Shown here: positions 51,953 to 64,000 of the stretch, in pieces
Numbering within the stretch: position 1 is the stretch's first letter
Layout: the number at the start of each line of letters is the position of its first letter
Source: Negaprion brevirostris
Lineage: Eukaryota
Assembly (NCBI GenBank): GCA_030324005.1
Contig: JARDVH010000133.1
Span: forward strand, 23,598,409-23,662,408
Direction: 5' to 3'
DNA length: 64,000 bases
Notes under the pieces: generated by a model
The model's input: the letters and a program-made list of their open reading frames with translations, nothing else
Told to the model about the DNA's origin: nothing
The model's database searches: none
Translations under genes and position numbers: made by a program

Positions 51953-52093
51953 TATATCTGGTATTAATTTCTGCTCTGTTATTTCAATCAGTGTGTAGGC
52001 AGAGTAAAACTATTAAGCATAAACATTACAATGACACCCTAAGACACGAGATATAAAGTTGTATCTGTGTTTTTTCTTCTTCTGGTCTATAAG

Positions 52094-52357
52094 CAGAAAA
52101 GAGGGCCAGGGTTTAAGTATGCCTCCAACCTCCCAGGTTCACTACTGAAGGAGCAGAGGCAGAACAGAGAACACAAGGATTCTGCAGAGACGACCAAGAA
52201 AAAGGGAGACCGTGAGGAAAATTCCAAACGGAGATCAGAGGAGCATCCCAAGAAAAGATCCGATGACTCTGTTCCAAGGAGGAAATCTGAGGATGGGCTT
52301 GTGATGCGAAAACGGAGAGTTTTTGATAAAACATCTGAGCCAATTGCCAGAAAAAAG
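52094..52357 (+). CDS. KDM2B: KDM2B linker exon (264 nt, or 261 nt from the second AG): [21 protein letters not shown]...PIARKK
   Basis: Tandem acceptor AAG|CAG| (52091-52096), donor AAG|GTGCAA (52358). Confidence 0.92.
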
Positions 52358-53890
52358 GTGCAAGAATAAAAACTGAACAATTGATAAAGCAGATTCATAT
52401 AGACAGGATTATTGATGAATGTGCCATTATTAAATAACACTCATCAACTTGTGCACCTATTTAAGATTGTATCTCATGAGATTAATTTTAGTGTTTATTT
52501 TACTACAAAAATTCAGAACCTCATTTAGTAATATTTATTATTTGCAAAAAGCTGATCAAGCTTTTCAATGAAATGCACTGATTTATAGGTCAGTAAGATC
52601 ACTATTGATGAATTCCTGATTCACTGCTTCTCTGTACCATCCCTGCCTGACCTGCCATCGTTCATAGCAGAACCAGGGCAATTGGCAAATATAAATAGGC
52701 ACAGTCTGCATTGTGACCATGATTATTGGTCTGAGTAGAGGAAGGCATTATTCCCTTTTCTGACAGTTTTTTCTTTAGAGTTCCCGTATTAGCTCATGGC
52801 ACTAAATGTGGAATTCACTGCTCTCCTTTTCGTGACTCTTTCTGTGCCTAATTTATCCCAAGTTTTCTGTAAATCTCCACTGCAGACTCCAAATCCATTG
52901 TTCACTGTTCAAACTGTTATAAAATCTGGTTTTCATTCTAGAATACAACAAGCATTATTTGGTTCTTTATGACATAGTTATATAATTTTTTTGTTGCATA
53001 TTGTTTATTTGTCAATGTTTTAGTGAAGTATTAGAACAATCTAAATGTGTGACAACTTTTATTGTGTGGTATTGACAATCTAGTCTGTTGACATGTTATT
53101 CTGTATCAATTTAATGCATGATCCGAGCTGCAATTTGAGTCATGTATGTATGTTAATGTGAGGAGCCATCAAAGTTGAATCTTAATTCTGTCCTCACTTG
53201 ACCATCTCCCTGGTCTGGCAGCACAGAACCACATTGCAGTTTTGCTGCTGCTGTACCAGCTAACTCTGAATGGACTGAAGTTTGAACTTTAGACTTTAAT
53301 CCTCTGTGCGGTTCAGCTAATCACTTCATAACCTTGCTGAGCAATTGGGGAAGACAAAAAATATTCTTAGTAGGGGCAAGAGAAGTCAATTGGTTTTGTA
53401 GTGTTCTAAATCACGCTATTTGAAGCAAAATGTCTTTATTGGTATTTGTGTAATATGGAGGAACAGCCTCCCTATCCTTTCTAAAAATTACCCATCTGCA
53501 ACATGTACTTTGAGTTGATTACAAAGTAACCTAAGCAGTGTACATTGTATTGACTGTGCTGCAATCTGTAAATTGTTATTTTGCCAACTATTCAGTCAAG
53601 TCTATAATTACCAATATTATAAAACCTATTGTTAAGCAATGACTGCTGAATGTCCACATCAAGCATTATGGAACAAGCACTGACCATGCTGGCAGGAAGC
53701 TGAGTGATTGAAAGGCTTTCTTTCACTCTGATGCAAATGGTTGAATTGCTGAAAGCTGTAATAAACAGACTGATTTCTGGAGAAGAACTTCAGTTCATAT
53801 TTCCTGCCAAAGAAACTATTATTCTGGTGTAATAGAATCAGAATGACCTCTGCTGTGACACTGACTCAGTCTGCTTTCTTTTTGTTGCAG

Positions 53891-53929
53891 TTTAAGATTG
53901 GAAAGGAAGAAAAACTGCTGAGGAAAAAG
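53891..53929 (+). CDS. KDM2B: KDM2B 39-nt small exon: FKIGKEEKLLRKK
   Basis: Polypyrimidine tract plus ttgcAG, donor GTATTT (53930). Matches the recalled human LKPGKEDKLFRKK. Confidence 0.88.
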
Positions 53930-54779
53930 GTATTTACTTCATATTTTCAACACGTTGGCTGCTGCAATGTTTCCTTAAGTTCCAAAGCTTTTTAAAATTG
54001 GCATTATGAATCAGTAAACTCCACTGGCATTGTCTAATGCTTGTCTGGAGCAGCTAATGCTCATTGTAATTGATGAAAATCCCTGCTCCATCCATTGAAT
54101 TGATATGATTTTTTTCAGTGCAAGTTCAAATTCATCAAATTCTAAGTGCTTATATGTTCAAAGGAAGCTTTTATTGCATTCCATGTTTGCATTATGTAGG
54201 TGAGCTGGGACTTTAAATTTATGCGAGTGAAAGTTTAAGACTAACAACCACTCTTTTAAAATTTAAAGTGGTTTGGAAATGGATTGCATGCTTTACTTTT
54301 GTTTGGTAACCTGGCTGCTTCCCCACTATTGGAGCAATTTACCAGCGTAGACTTGAGTGCAAAGCTGCAGAGCAAAGCATTGGAAACGAAGTGGGGCTGT
54401 TGCAAAGTTCTGTTCAAATAGTCAATACATTTTGCAATTACTTTTGTGAATAGTGAGTGGGGCTGCAGACAATGTAAGTCTGTGGATGTGGCTTGGGTCT
54501 TAGGGATGCTGGTTGAAAAAAAAATTGCTTCTAATGTAAGTCGCATGGGTACAAGCCCCCATGAAAGATGCCACCAGGACAAATGGTGGACGATGGCTGT
54601 CACAAGGTGCCCTTGGATCAATCTGGTTGTTAGAGACAAATGTCAGATAAATCATTCAGGTCTCCAGGAATAGCAACTTTCTTGAAAATAGACAAATTTG
54701 CTGTTGTCTAAATGCTGACACATTAAAATTACAATATTGATCCTTCTAATGGAGTTATTGATGTATAGTTCAGTGAGCC

Positions 54780-55420
54780 ACTTCAGTTATGTGATGTGAT
54801 GTGAGAGGCTGGGTTCATTTTGCTGGTAGAGAAGGTTCAGAGAAGAGTTAATAGAAGTGTTCAAAGTTATGAAAGAGTGGCAAGGGAGAAGTTCATTCTG
54901 CAGGATGAACTAGAGGAGACAGATTAATTGAAGCATAGAACATAGAACATTACGGCGCAGAACAGGCCCTTCGGCCCACGATGTTGCACCGACCAATTAA
55001 AAAAGCAATGACCCTCTAACCTAAACCAATCNNNNNNNNNNNNNNNNNNNNNNNNNNNNNNNNNNNNNNNNNNNNNNNNNNNNNNNNNNNNNNNNNNNNN
55101 NNNNNNNNNNNNNNNNNNNNNNNNNNNNNNNTCAGAGTCCTACTGTTAGCCCTATACTCTACACATCTGTTATTCCTGCCAAAGTGAATTACCTCACACT
55201 TTTCCGCAGGAAGAAATGAGGTTTTTTTTAATGTAGAGAATTGGTGTGATTCGGAATGCAGTACCTGAAAGAGTGGTGGAAGCAGATTCAGTGGTAACTC
55301 TTGGAAGGAAGTTGGATATTGATGATGAGGGAGGAGCGGAGTAAGATCAATTTGATAGCTATTTCAGTGAGCTGGCGTAGGCATGGCCAAAGTCAAATGG
55401 CCTCCTTTGATACTATGATG
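54780..55420 (+). mobile_element. Old CR1 3' end with a nested - strand CR1 (about 54934-55208)
   Basis: CR1 C-terminus and tail interrupted by (CATAGAA)n-ACATTACGGCGCAGAACAGGCCCTTCGG. Confidence 0.65.
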
Positions 55421-56647
55421 ATGATACGAGCTATTTATACCTTTCAACACAAGTGATTAAAGTTTGTTAAATGCGACATGGTTGCGTGGTGTGTACTCCA
55501 GTAGGCTCTTTAACTGTGAATCCAAGCCTATCCATAGAACCGTATAGTGCTGAAAAAGGCTATTCGGTCCACTGAGTCTGCATCAAAGCCCAACCGCATG
55601 CTCCCAACCTATCTTTGTAACGCTGCGCATTTACCATGGCCAATCCACCTAACCCACACATCTTTTGGATTATGGGAGGAAACTGAAAATTTCCATATTT
55701 AGGTCTATCTTATTCCACATTGTCTATTCCCAAAGGCAGCCTTCCCACCACCCCCATCAATAATCTTCAAGATCCCCTCTCTTGGCCACTCTTCTTGTAC
55801 AATCCTGGACAATGAATGTTGACTGTGGAAGCAGCATCACAGCAAATGCCAAATCTGTCCTCATCCAATGACCCCACAATATCAGATTTCAGTAAGGATA
55901 TCTGAATTACATGTTTCCAATCAAATCTTATCTTTTTCTTCCCTTACACTTCAGCGAAATCCTAGCCCTTTCCCCGAAATAGAGTTCAGCTAATTCCGTA
56001 TAGGTGAGAGATGAGTCCTGGAACCCCTGTGCATTTTGAGTTGCCTGCTATGTAGTGCTTTTCCTGCTGAGTCAGAAAGGGACGTTTCATTTTCCTTACA
56101 GATTTCTACACCAATTTTTTTAACAGCTCATTTAAAACATCCTTTGGGTAAACTTTTAATTAACTCGCCTGGGGTATTTCATTGGTTTAGTTCCACATAT
56201 GACCACATTCAGCCACTACTCAGCCTTGCTTTCTACTTCTGAAACATTTTTTATTGATTACCCCATGATATATTATAAGTCTCAACACAAGTTGCAAGAA
56301 TTCAGTGACTGTTCATCAATTGTATCTTCGCACAATTTATCTTTTTCCAGAAGGCAGAAGCTGAACCACAAAAACCTGTTGGCTTGCGGCATTGAATTTC
56401 CCTTCAGGCTGTTATGTTAGATGATCTTTTGGAAATAGTTGTTTCATGTGCTGTATCTTCAGTTCATGATTCGTAGTAACAATTGATTTCATATCACGGC
56501 TTGGAGGAAAAGGGAAAGCATGCATCCAGTCAGACTGTATATTTAATTCTGTTAGCAGATCATCATGGGTATCCTGTTACTGGTTGCTAGGCTTCAAGTA
56601 ACAGAATCATGTTGTAACTAGCATCATGGGCTGTTGGAGATGCACAG

Positions 56648-56975
56648 TCAGAAGGTTGTAGGTTTAAGCCCCACTTGCGTGACTCGAGCACAAAAATCAA
56701 ACTTGACACTTTGGTGCAGTATTACTGAGGGAGTGCTGTATTGCTATTTTTCAGATAAAATGTTAAATCAAGGCCTTGTCTGCTCCTTCACATAAAAGTA
56801 AACGGTCCCACAGCACTATTTCAAAGAGTAGCAGGGAAATTATCTCGATGTCCTGGCCGATATTTATCCCTCAATCAACATCACAAAAGCATTTCCAAAA
56901 TGTTTCAATGGCTGTAAAACAATTCTAGATGTGCTTTGGTCATAAAGTGATAATATTAATGCAAGTCTTTCTTTA
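56648..56975 (+). mobile_element. DeuSINE (SacSINE1/AmnSINE1-like)
   Basis: tRNA-like head GAAGGTTGTAGGTTTAAGCCCCAC; Deu domain GCACTATTTCAAAGAGTAGCAGGGAAATTATCTCGATGTCCTGGCCGATATTTATCCCTCAA; L2-type tail. Confidence 0.8.
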
Positions 56976-57053
56976 TATCATTATCCATTGTTGTTGCTGC
57001 TCATTTTTTAAAATGTTAAGTGTGAATTTCATATAGTTAATTTTTTTCAACAG

Positions 57054-57733
57054 AAAAAATCCTTGCAGCCAAATGAAGACCACCCACCAGCTATCAAAGC
57101 ATTGCGAAGTATTAAGCAGGAGCCTGAGGATGATCCACCAGAGACACCTCAGAAAACAAAGGAGAGTGACCAGTCCAGATCGAGCTCTCCAAGAGCTGGT
57201 CCCAGCACTGAAAGTGCAGAGACCAAGGAGAAGAAAAGCGAGAGATTTAAAGAAAAACGCAAAAAGCGATTGCACAATAAAGAACTTAGTAAAGAACTTA
57301 GTAAAGAACTCAATCAGGAGATTCATAAAACTGAGACTAGCCTGGCAAATGAGAATCACCAACCGATTACATCTGATGGAGATAGTTAAAAATTCGAGAA
57401 GCCTAAACGACTGCTGGCAAACAGTGAAAGGTTGCACAGGTTAAGCAAAGGGTTAAATGGAACTCCCAGGCTCAGAAATCAGCTTACCACGAGTTTGAGG
57501 CGGGCTCCCAGGGTTATCTCCCGCCCACCGCCCTCTGTGTCCCCAACTAAATCTATTCAAATGGAGCGACATGTGGTGCGGCCTCCCCCTGTCAGCCCAC
57601 CCCCGGACTCTCTGCCCCTTGATGATGGCGAGGACCATGTGATGCAAAGGGAAGTGTGGATGGCTGTGTTTGGCTACCTTAATCGCAAAGATTTATGTAT
57701 TTGCATGAGAGTCTGTAAAACCTGGAACAGATG
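57054..57733 (+). CDS. KDM2B: KDM2B large linker/F-box exon (680 nt) with one in-frame TAA at 57387-57389
   Basis: Acceptor caacAG, donor TG|GTAAGT (57734, phase 2). Track ORFs 57063-57389 and 57432-57737 are in one frame. F-box segment [29 protein letters not shown]. Confidence 0.93.
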
Positions 57734-58544
57734 GTAAGTTTTAATTTAGTATTTATTGTCCTGAATTGAGAGGAAGCAAGCTCTTTTTGCAAAAATTGAA
57801 ATATCATTCTCTTTGTGCCCAAAATAAACTTGCATTTGTAAACTTGTTAAAAGTGCTATCAGTGTGTACAATACCTACACCCTCAATTTCCAGTGGTCTG
57901 CATCTTCAATACTAATTAAGCAACAATTAATATGGGCCCACTTTCGCCTTTCTCCAATATCTTGACTGACATATTAGATTTTGGATTAACTAACCTTGAT
58001 CTGATGGCAGGCTGATAATATACGGATGGTCTGATTTCTCACTGTCACTGATCACAGGTTGTCAAAGTAATCAAGCAAAGGTGAAACTTTCACCTGAGCG
58101 GAGGAGCTTCAGCAGTGTATGTTAGCTTATGGCATATTTCCTAACTTACTGACATACAACAGACCATGGCTTTTTACACATGGGGAGAAATGTAATGTCT
58201 GAAGTTTAAAAGTCCTATTAAATCAACTGTTACAATTGCCAATGATTGACAAGAGACTGAGAAAAGATGCTTTAACATTTGGGCTACAGATTATTCTACT
58301 TTAATGGTTACGCCACTTTTTTTAAACTTTGGATGAGCCACTGCATAATTTCAGCAGCTTCAGTTTTTCCTTCTTTTCAAATTTAGGCAGAGAATTGTAC
58401 CTTAAACTTTATCTGCTCGGTGTTCCTGCTAGCCTGTCATACTGCACATACCTTTTCAGTTAATATTTGCAAAATGTTTACACCATAGTATTAAAAAGCT
58501 TTGAGCTGATTTTATTGCCACATTATGTTGTGCAGCGGGATTGC

Positions 58545-58695
58545 AAAGTTTAAAGTTTATTTATTAGTGTCACGGGTAGGCTTACTTTAACACTGCAATG
58601 AAGTTACTGTGAAAATCCCCTAGTTGCCTATTTGGGTACGCTAAGGGAAAATTTAGCATGGCCAATGCACCTAACTAGCACATCTTTCAGACTGA
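58545..58695 (-). mobile_element. 5'-truncated V-SINE, alternative-tail subfamily
   Basis: AAAGTTTAAAGTTTATTTATTAGTGTCAC...GTGAAAATCCCCTAG. Confidence 0.8.
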
Positions 58696-60138
58696 TATTT
58701 ATACTGTTATCTTAATGCTACAGTGGCTGTTAGACTTTTGTACATGAAACCATTCAACATGAGGCAACACTACCTGTAGAAGTAGGGTGCTTTTGATTTG
58801 AGAGGCAGAGAATATTGGAGGAGAATTGGCTTGCACTATTCCTGAGCTCCTCCTAGCAGCTGCTTAAAGAGCAGCATCGGTGGTACCTGAACAGAGGTTT
58901 CTGCATGCTTCCACGGGCACAATGAATGCACAGAGAGGAAGAATCCTTAGCAGGGATCAAATGCAAGCAGAAAATTTTACTAGAAGTTATATTTTGAGGT
59001 AGCAGGCACACCTCTAATTTTTGTTCACCCCTGGCCCTCTTGTAGGTATTGACTCTTTCTGGGACACGGCTCCACATTGTGTGTTGTTAGCTCCTGAACA
59101 GCTTGTCCAAGTGCTGATTGTTGAGCAGTAAAGCGAACCAGAGAGTTGGCAGGCTCCTTGACGATGGATCCTGTCCTACCATGACATTCTTGGAAATACT
59201 AAGAACTCTTTGCTCCGGGGGAAGGAGAGGACTATTGGTTAGCGATTAAGAGTGAAATAAAAATTTTTCTAAATGCTTTGCTGGCCCAGGGTTTCTTAGT
59301 TGAAATCAATGAACCTGGCACAGATTGGGGATAGAACCTGATACCTCAGTGGCTTGTATGCCTCCCTGCTGTAGGCATTTAATTAACCTACAAAAGCATT
59401 GCTGCTGACCTTGGTAATCCCTTGTCAAGAGAGATAAAATTACTTCACATGACTTTATTGGTCACAGAAATACGTACTTGGTGAGGTTCAGCGTCCAGTA
59501 TTCACTCAATGCAATGAGGTGCTTTAGGTGCACCGAGCAGTGCAAAGTCGATTTTGGGACTTGCGCTGCCAGTTAGCAAGGCTGCAGTCTGATAGCAGAG
59601 CCTCACTGAATTTGAATCTTTGCNNNNNNNNNNNNNNNNNNCTGCTGTAATTATAGTATAAATACTTGAACAAAGAACAACACAGCACAGGAAACAGGCC
59701 CTTTAGCCCAACAAGCCCATGCTGCCATTTTAACATTCAGTGAGTGACTCATTCCAATCCAAACGACCCTGGACTCTGTGCTCTGTTCCATGATCAGTTT
59801 GGGTCATTTTATCCAATTTACTGAATATTGGTTTAATGTTGGTGAGAAACTGAAAATAGCATTGCACCAAACATCATGTAGTATAAATGTTTGCTTAAAT
59901 TAGTCTTAACAATTATTCTGTATCGTTGATATAATGTTGTGATGCATATACTATAGTTGTGAGAAAAAGCGGTGAGAACGAAATTAATAATAGTTACAAG
60001 TTGCAGCACATTTTATTTCTGCGGGCTGGTGCAACTTATGTAATTAGTTACACTTTTACCAAATAACTTCGTCAGATCAGCCCAACACATTACTGAATTC
60101 TAACTGATCTGAAATCTGACTCTTCTATTATAGTATGA

Positions 60139-60588
<450 letters not shown>

Positions 60589-60709
60589 TAAATATAATTT
60601 CCACTAAGTACTGTTCTTGGTCTTGTTTTCTATCCAGTAACTTGAGCCCGGTAATTTACAGAATTTTATTCTTCTGCCTTTTCAATTTGGGACCGTCACC
60701 TGGTGTGAC

Positions 60710-61010
60710 TCATAGAATCATAAAAACCCTACAGTTCAGAAGGATGCCATTTGACCCATCGAGCCTGCACCAACAACTATCCCACCCAGGCCCTATTATT
60801 GTAACCCCGTGTATTCATCCNNNNNNNNNNNNNNNNNNNNNNNNNNNNNNNNNNNNNNNNNNNNNNAAGGGCTAATTTAGCAAACCTAATCTGCACATTT
60901 TGTGGAGTGTGGGAGGAAATCAGAGTGCCCGGAGAAAACCTACGCAGATACAGGGAGAACGTGTAAACTCCACACATTGACCCAAGGCAAGAATTGAAGC
61001 TGGGTCCCTT
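60710..61010 (-). mobile_element. HE1-type V-SINE spanning a gap
   Basis: CATAGAATCATA tail, V-domain, B-box remnant. Confidence 0.75.
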
Positions 61011-61354
61011 TATGATTTATCTCAGTAGATCAGAGTGCAATGAACGTTTGGTTCTCACTGATTTTGCCCTGATTTGCAACAAGAAAAGGCACATTGCTTT
61101 GTAAGGGATACCAGATCTGCTTACAGGAAGGGTCTGTCACAAAACTAAGGGAATGTCTATTGTAAAAATCTATTGTAACATTTTTACCACCAGAGGTGAT
61201 AGCTCTGTGGGACATAGTCATGAAGGAATAACCTCAGCGTTGACTGCAAGCCAATCTCGTGGTATCAAGTCAAACATTCTAAGGAAACATTCTACTGATC
61301 AACACCTATATTTTCCCTCAGCTAATGAATTAGGATAGTAAGAACACTGGAAAC

Positions 61355-61700
61355 TTCATTGTCCATTACCAAGAGCGGCTCAGTAGCACCATTACTGACT
61401 GAGTCCTGTAGGACGAAGCTGTTGGACTGGGCAAAAGGCCAATGGTGAGATAACCAACAAGCAGGAGAAACTGCTCCTCACCAATCTACTTGTCGGGGAT
61501 GTACCTGTCCATGACAGAATCGATAGGAGTGTTTACCACACAATCTTCATGGAGACAAAGTCCTGTTTTCACACTGAGGACCCCTCCCCTGACCCCAACA
61601 CCATGTGTATGGCACTAGATTCCTGCAGATCAGAACAGATCTAACTGCTCAAAACTTGGCAGCAATGAGACGCTATGGAACATCAGCAACAACAGAATTA
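61355..61700 (+). mobile_element. LINE endonuclease-domain remnant
   Basis: LLLTNLLVGDVPVHDRIDRSVYHTIFMETKS APE C-terminal motif; the probable family 3' end is at 62660-63070. Confidence 0.6.
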
Positions 61701-62039
61701 TTCCAAGGGGCAGTGTCCCAACCTTTTTCAGCTGTTTGATCTATGACCTTCCCTCTATCAAAAATCAGAACTGTGAAAGTTTGCTGGTGATCTTTGTTGA
61801 GTTACAATTGCAACTTCTCAGATGGAGAAGCAGTTCGTCAGTGTGCAGAATGAACTGCATTCTGGCCTGATGTGATACGCAATATTCAGATCTCAAATGC
61901 CAGACAATGACCATCTCCAACAAGAGAATATTGGAACATAGGATGTAGGAGCAGGAGTAGGTTATTTGATCCTTCAAACCTGCTCTGCCATCCATAAACC
62001 TAATAGGTTATCCATTTAAGTTCAGAATCACCTAGAATC

Positions 62040-62650
62040 AATAGGATTCTCCCTGTATATTGATAAGACATTCAGTTGGAGCTCTTCTTCATACTTCTGG
62101 ATATTCTCCTCTTCACAGTTGTAATTCTTTTCTTCTATGGGTAAGTTTGTTTTGTAGACTGCATCTTGTTCTTTCCTTGATAGCACCCAAATTCTTCTTC
62201 TGAATGTTCTTTTTGGGGGAAGCTGGCGCAGCCTACCAAGCTTTTGGTAATGTGACTCAGTTTGCCACAATTCTTGCATTGATTATCTTTGCTCCAAGCA
62301 CGCACTCGCTGAATGGCACATCTGTGACATTCTTTTTGCTGTTTTGACTTCTTTATGGGCAGTTCCCAACTTGTGGATATTCATCCTGGCACCATGTTCT
62401 GACGGCTCTTTAGCTGCCATTCCACTGATACTGCGATTTTTACTGCTGACAATAAAGTCAAAGCATGTTCAGTAAGCAGTCTTCCCTGGATTGCCTCATT
62501 TTGGAGACCACAGACAATTTCGAAGATCTTCTAATGATTCACCAAACTCTCAATGTTGTGCCAGCATTTTTGAGATTGCCACAAAGAACAATGCTTTCAC
62601 CTTCTGTTTGATTCCTTCAGTGGAACCTGAACCCTTCTGCAATGATCAGT
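62040..62650 (-). mobile_element. Decayed Ty3/Gypsy gag remnant
   Basis: - strand LAQH*EFGESLED, GLQNEAIQGRLLTEHALTL and the zinc-knuckle-like DNQCKNCGKLSH. Confidence 0.6.
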
Positions 62651-62659
62651 GGTTAATTG

Positions 62660-63070
62660 CCAAGCCCCTTTTAACAGCACCTCCCAAATCCAGGACCCCT
62701 GCCACATAGAAGGGCAAGGGCAGCAGGTGAACGGGCACACCACAACATGCAAGCTCCCCTTCAAGCTGCACATCATCCTGATTTGGAAACATATTTCCAT
62801 TCCTTCACATTTACTGTGTCAAAATNNNNNNNNNNNNNNNNNNNNNNNNNNNNNNNNNNNNNNNNNNNNNNNNNNNNNNNNNNNNNNNNNNNNNNNNNNN
62901 NNNNNNNNNNNNNNNNNNNNNNNNNAAAATCCTGGAACTACCTCCCTAACGATACTGTGGGAGCACCTTTATACACATACACTGCAGTAGTTCAAGAAAC
63001 TGGCTCATTACCATCACCTCAATGGCAATTAGGGATTGCTAATAAATGTTGGCCTTGCTATGAATGAACA
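62660..63070 (+). mobile_element. LINE 3' end (CR1/L2 group)
   Basis: KSWNYLPN motif and GGCAATTAGGGATTGCTAATAAATG tail. Confidence 0.7.
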
Positions 63071-64000
63071 GGAAAAAAATGAAGGACTTGCTTTCCCTTC
63101 CAGTTACTGAGTTTTCTGCTGTTGCCTTTCAAAGTCTGTACTAAGCACAGAAGGTTTTGTACATCTCTTATCCAAGTACAATGTTCACTGAGGACAGAAA
63201 ATAAGAAGCATTCATTGAGCCAAAGAAATCCCCTTGGGGCTTGAATTCAGCTGCACAGCACAGAAATATTACAGTTGACAGAGTGCCATTTGTTTTTAAA
63301 TGGAATGAGTTTGAACAGTACCTACTAGGTAGGTAGTTGGGCAGAGATTTATTTGTCTTCGATGGAATAGTGGTAAGTGAATAAATTAATTAGCCTTTTG
63401 CCATCTAATGAACGTAGTTCAAATGTTTTGTATTCCATCTGAATCTTTGTGCTGGAAGCATGGAAAGGGAACAGGAAATATTATCTATGGGTGGACCCTG
63501 TTGACGTTAGAGATTACTTCCTTAATTTGTTAATCAGTATTTTTGCAAGGTAAATAAACTTAAATTCTCCAAACCTGTGTTATGTAATAGCAGGACTCAA
63601 TCTATCAGCTGAATAATTGCTAATATGGTCCATGTTCCGACATTTCTGTGAACAGCTGTTTTGTGTTACCTTTGCTTTGTTGGCTGACTGTAATGTCAGA
63701 TTTTCATTCCATAGTTCTGATTTTACATCCTTGCACACTATGTCCTTTAGTGAGGTCAATTTGACTTTTGTTCCATTATACTTATTATCATAACTGTCAG
63801 AGTAGATTATTTTCTCTGGTGATTACAACGTAGGTGATGAGCTAATTATGACATTTCAGAGTGCTTTCTAGTTTTTTATTTAAGTACTTGTGCTGTCCTT
63901 GGCAGTGCATTAGGTTGCCTTGGGACACCTATCTGTGTGTTCTGTTCTGAACAGGAATTATTAATAAGAATGATTGTAAAACACCTTTAGGTTATTATGT

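Noticed and set aside
57288-57323. 12-bp tandem repeat AAAGAACTTAGT in the exon
   Set aside because: Encodes [12 protein letters not shown], which I recall as a conserved KDM2B feature; not novel.
56973-57444. Antisense 154-aa and alternative-frame 123-aa ORFs over the large exon (similar ones at 52087-52440 and 34529-34810)
   Set aside because: Shadow frames of real KDM2B exons with no independent support.

Overview
Eukaryotic genomic DNA from a cartilaginous fish, most likely a shark, judged from the repeat content (HE1-type V-SINEs, DeuSINEs, CR1/HER1, L2, Rex1, Tx1/L1 and Penelope-like relics). It is a gappy draft assembly. The whole window lies inside the 3' half of one + strand gene, the CpG-island-binding H3K36 demethylase KDM2B (FBXL10/JHDM1B). 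I can place eight canonical exons with AG/GT splice sites and compatible phases, one of them cut by an N gap. They encode the end of the JmjC-associated region, the ZF-CxxC domain, the PHD finger, the linker, the F-box and the start of the LRR region. The JmjC exons and final LRR exons lie outside the window. Main points of interest: (1) an internal alternative first exon (MSLSGDDEEYDSDPEQ, 19529-19576) matching the mammalian demethylase-lacking short isoform KDM2B-SF, with CCAAT and palindromic promoter motifs and a same-frame uORF; (2) a single in-frame TAA in the conserved F-box exon, probably a base-call error; (3) a weak donor followed by a stop overlapping AATAAA; (4) a foldback inverted repeat, locally templated insertions, nested TEs, a clean solo LTR, and a V-SINE subfamily with an apparently Rex1-like tail. 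Nearly all other ORFs in the track are spurious or TE-derived. I see no prokaryotic-type system such as CRISPR or operons. Comparisons with human KDM2B and TE consensus sequences are from memory and need alignment; TE boundaries are approximate.
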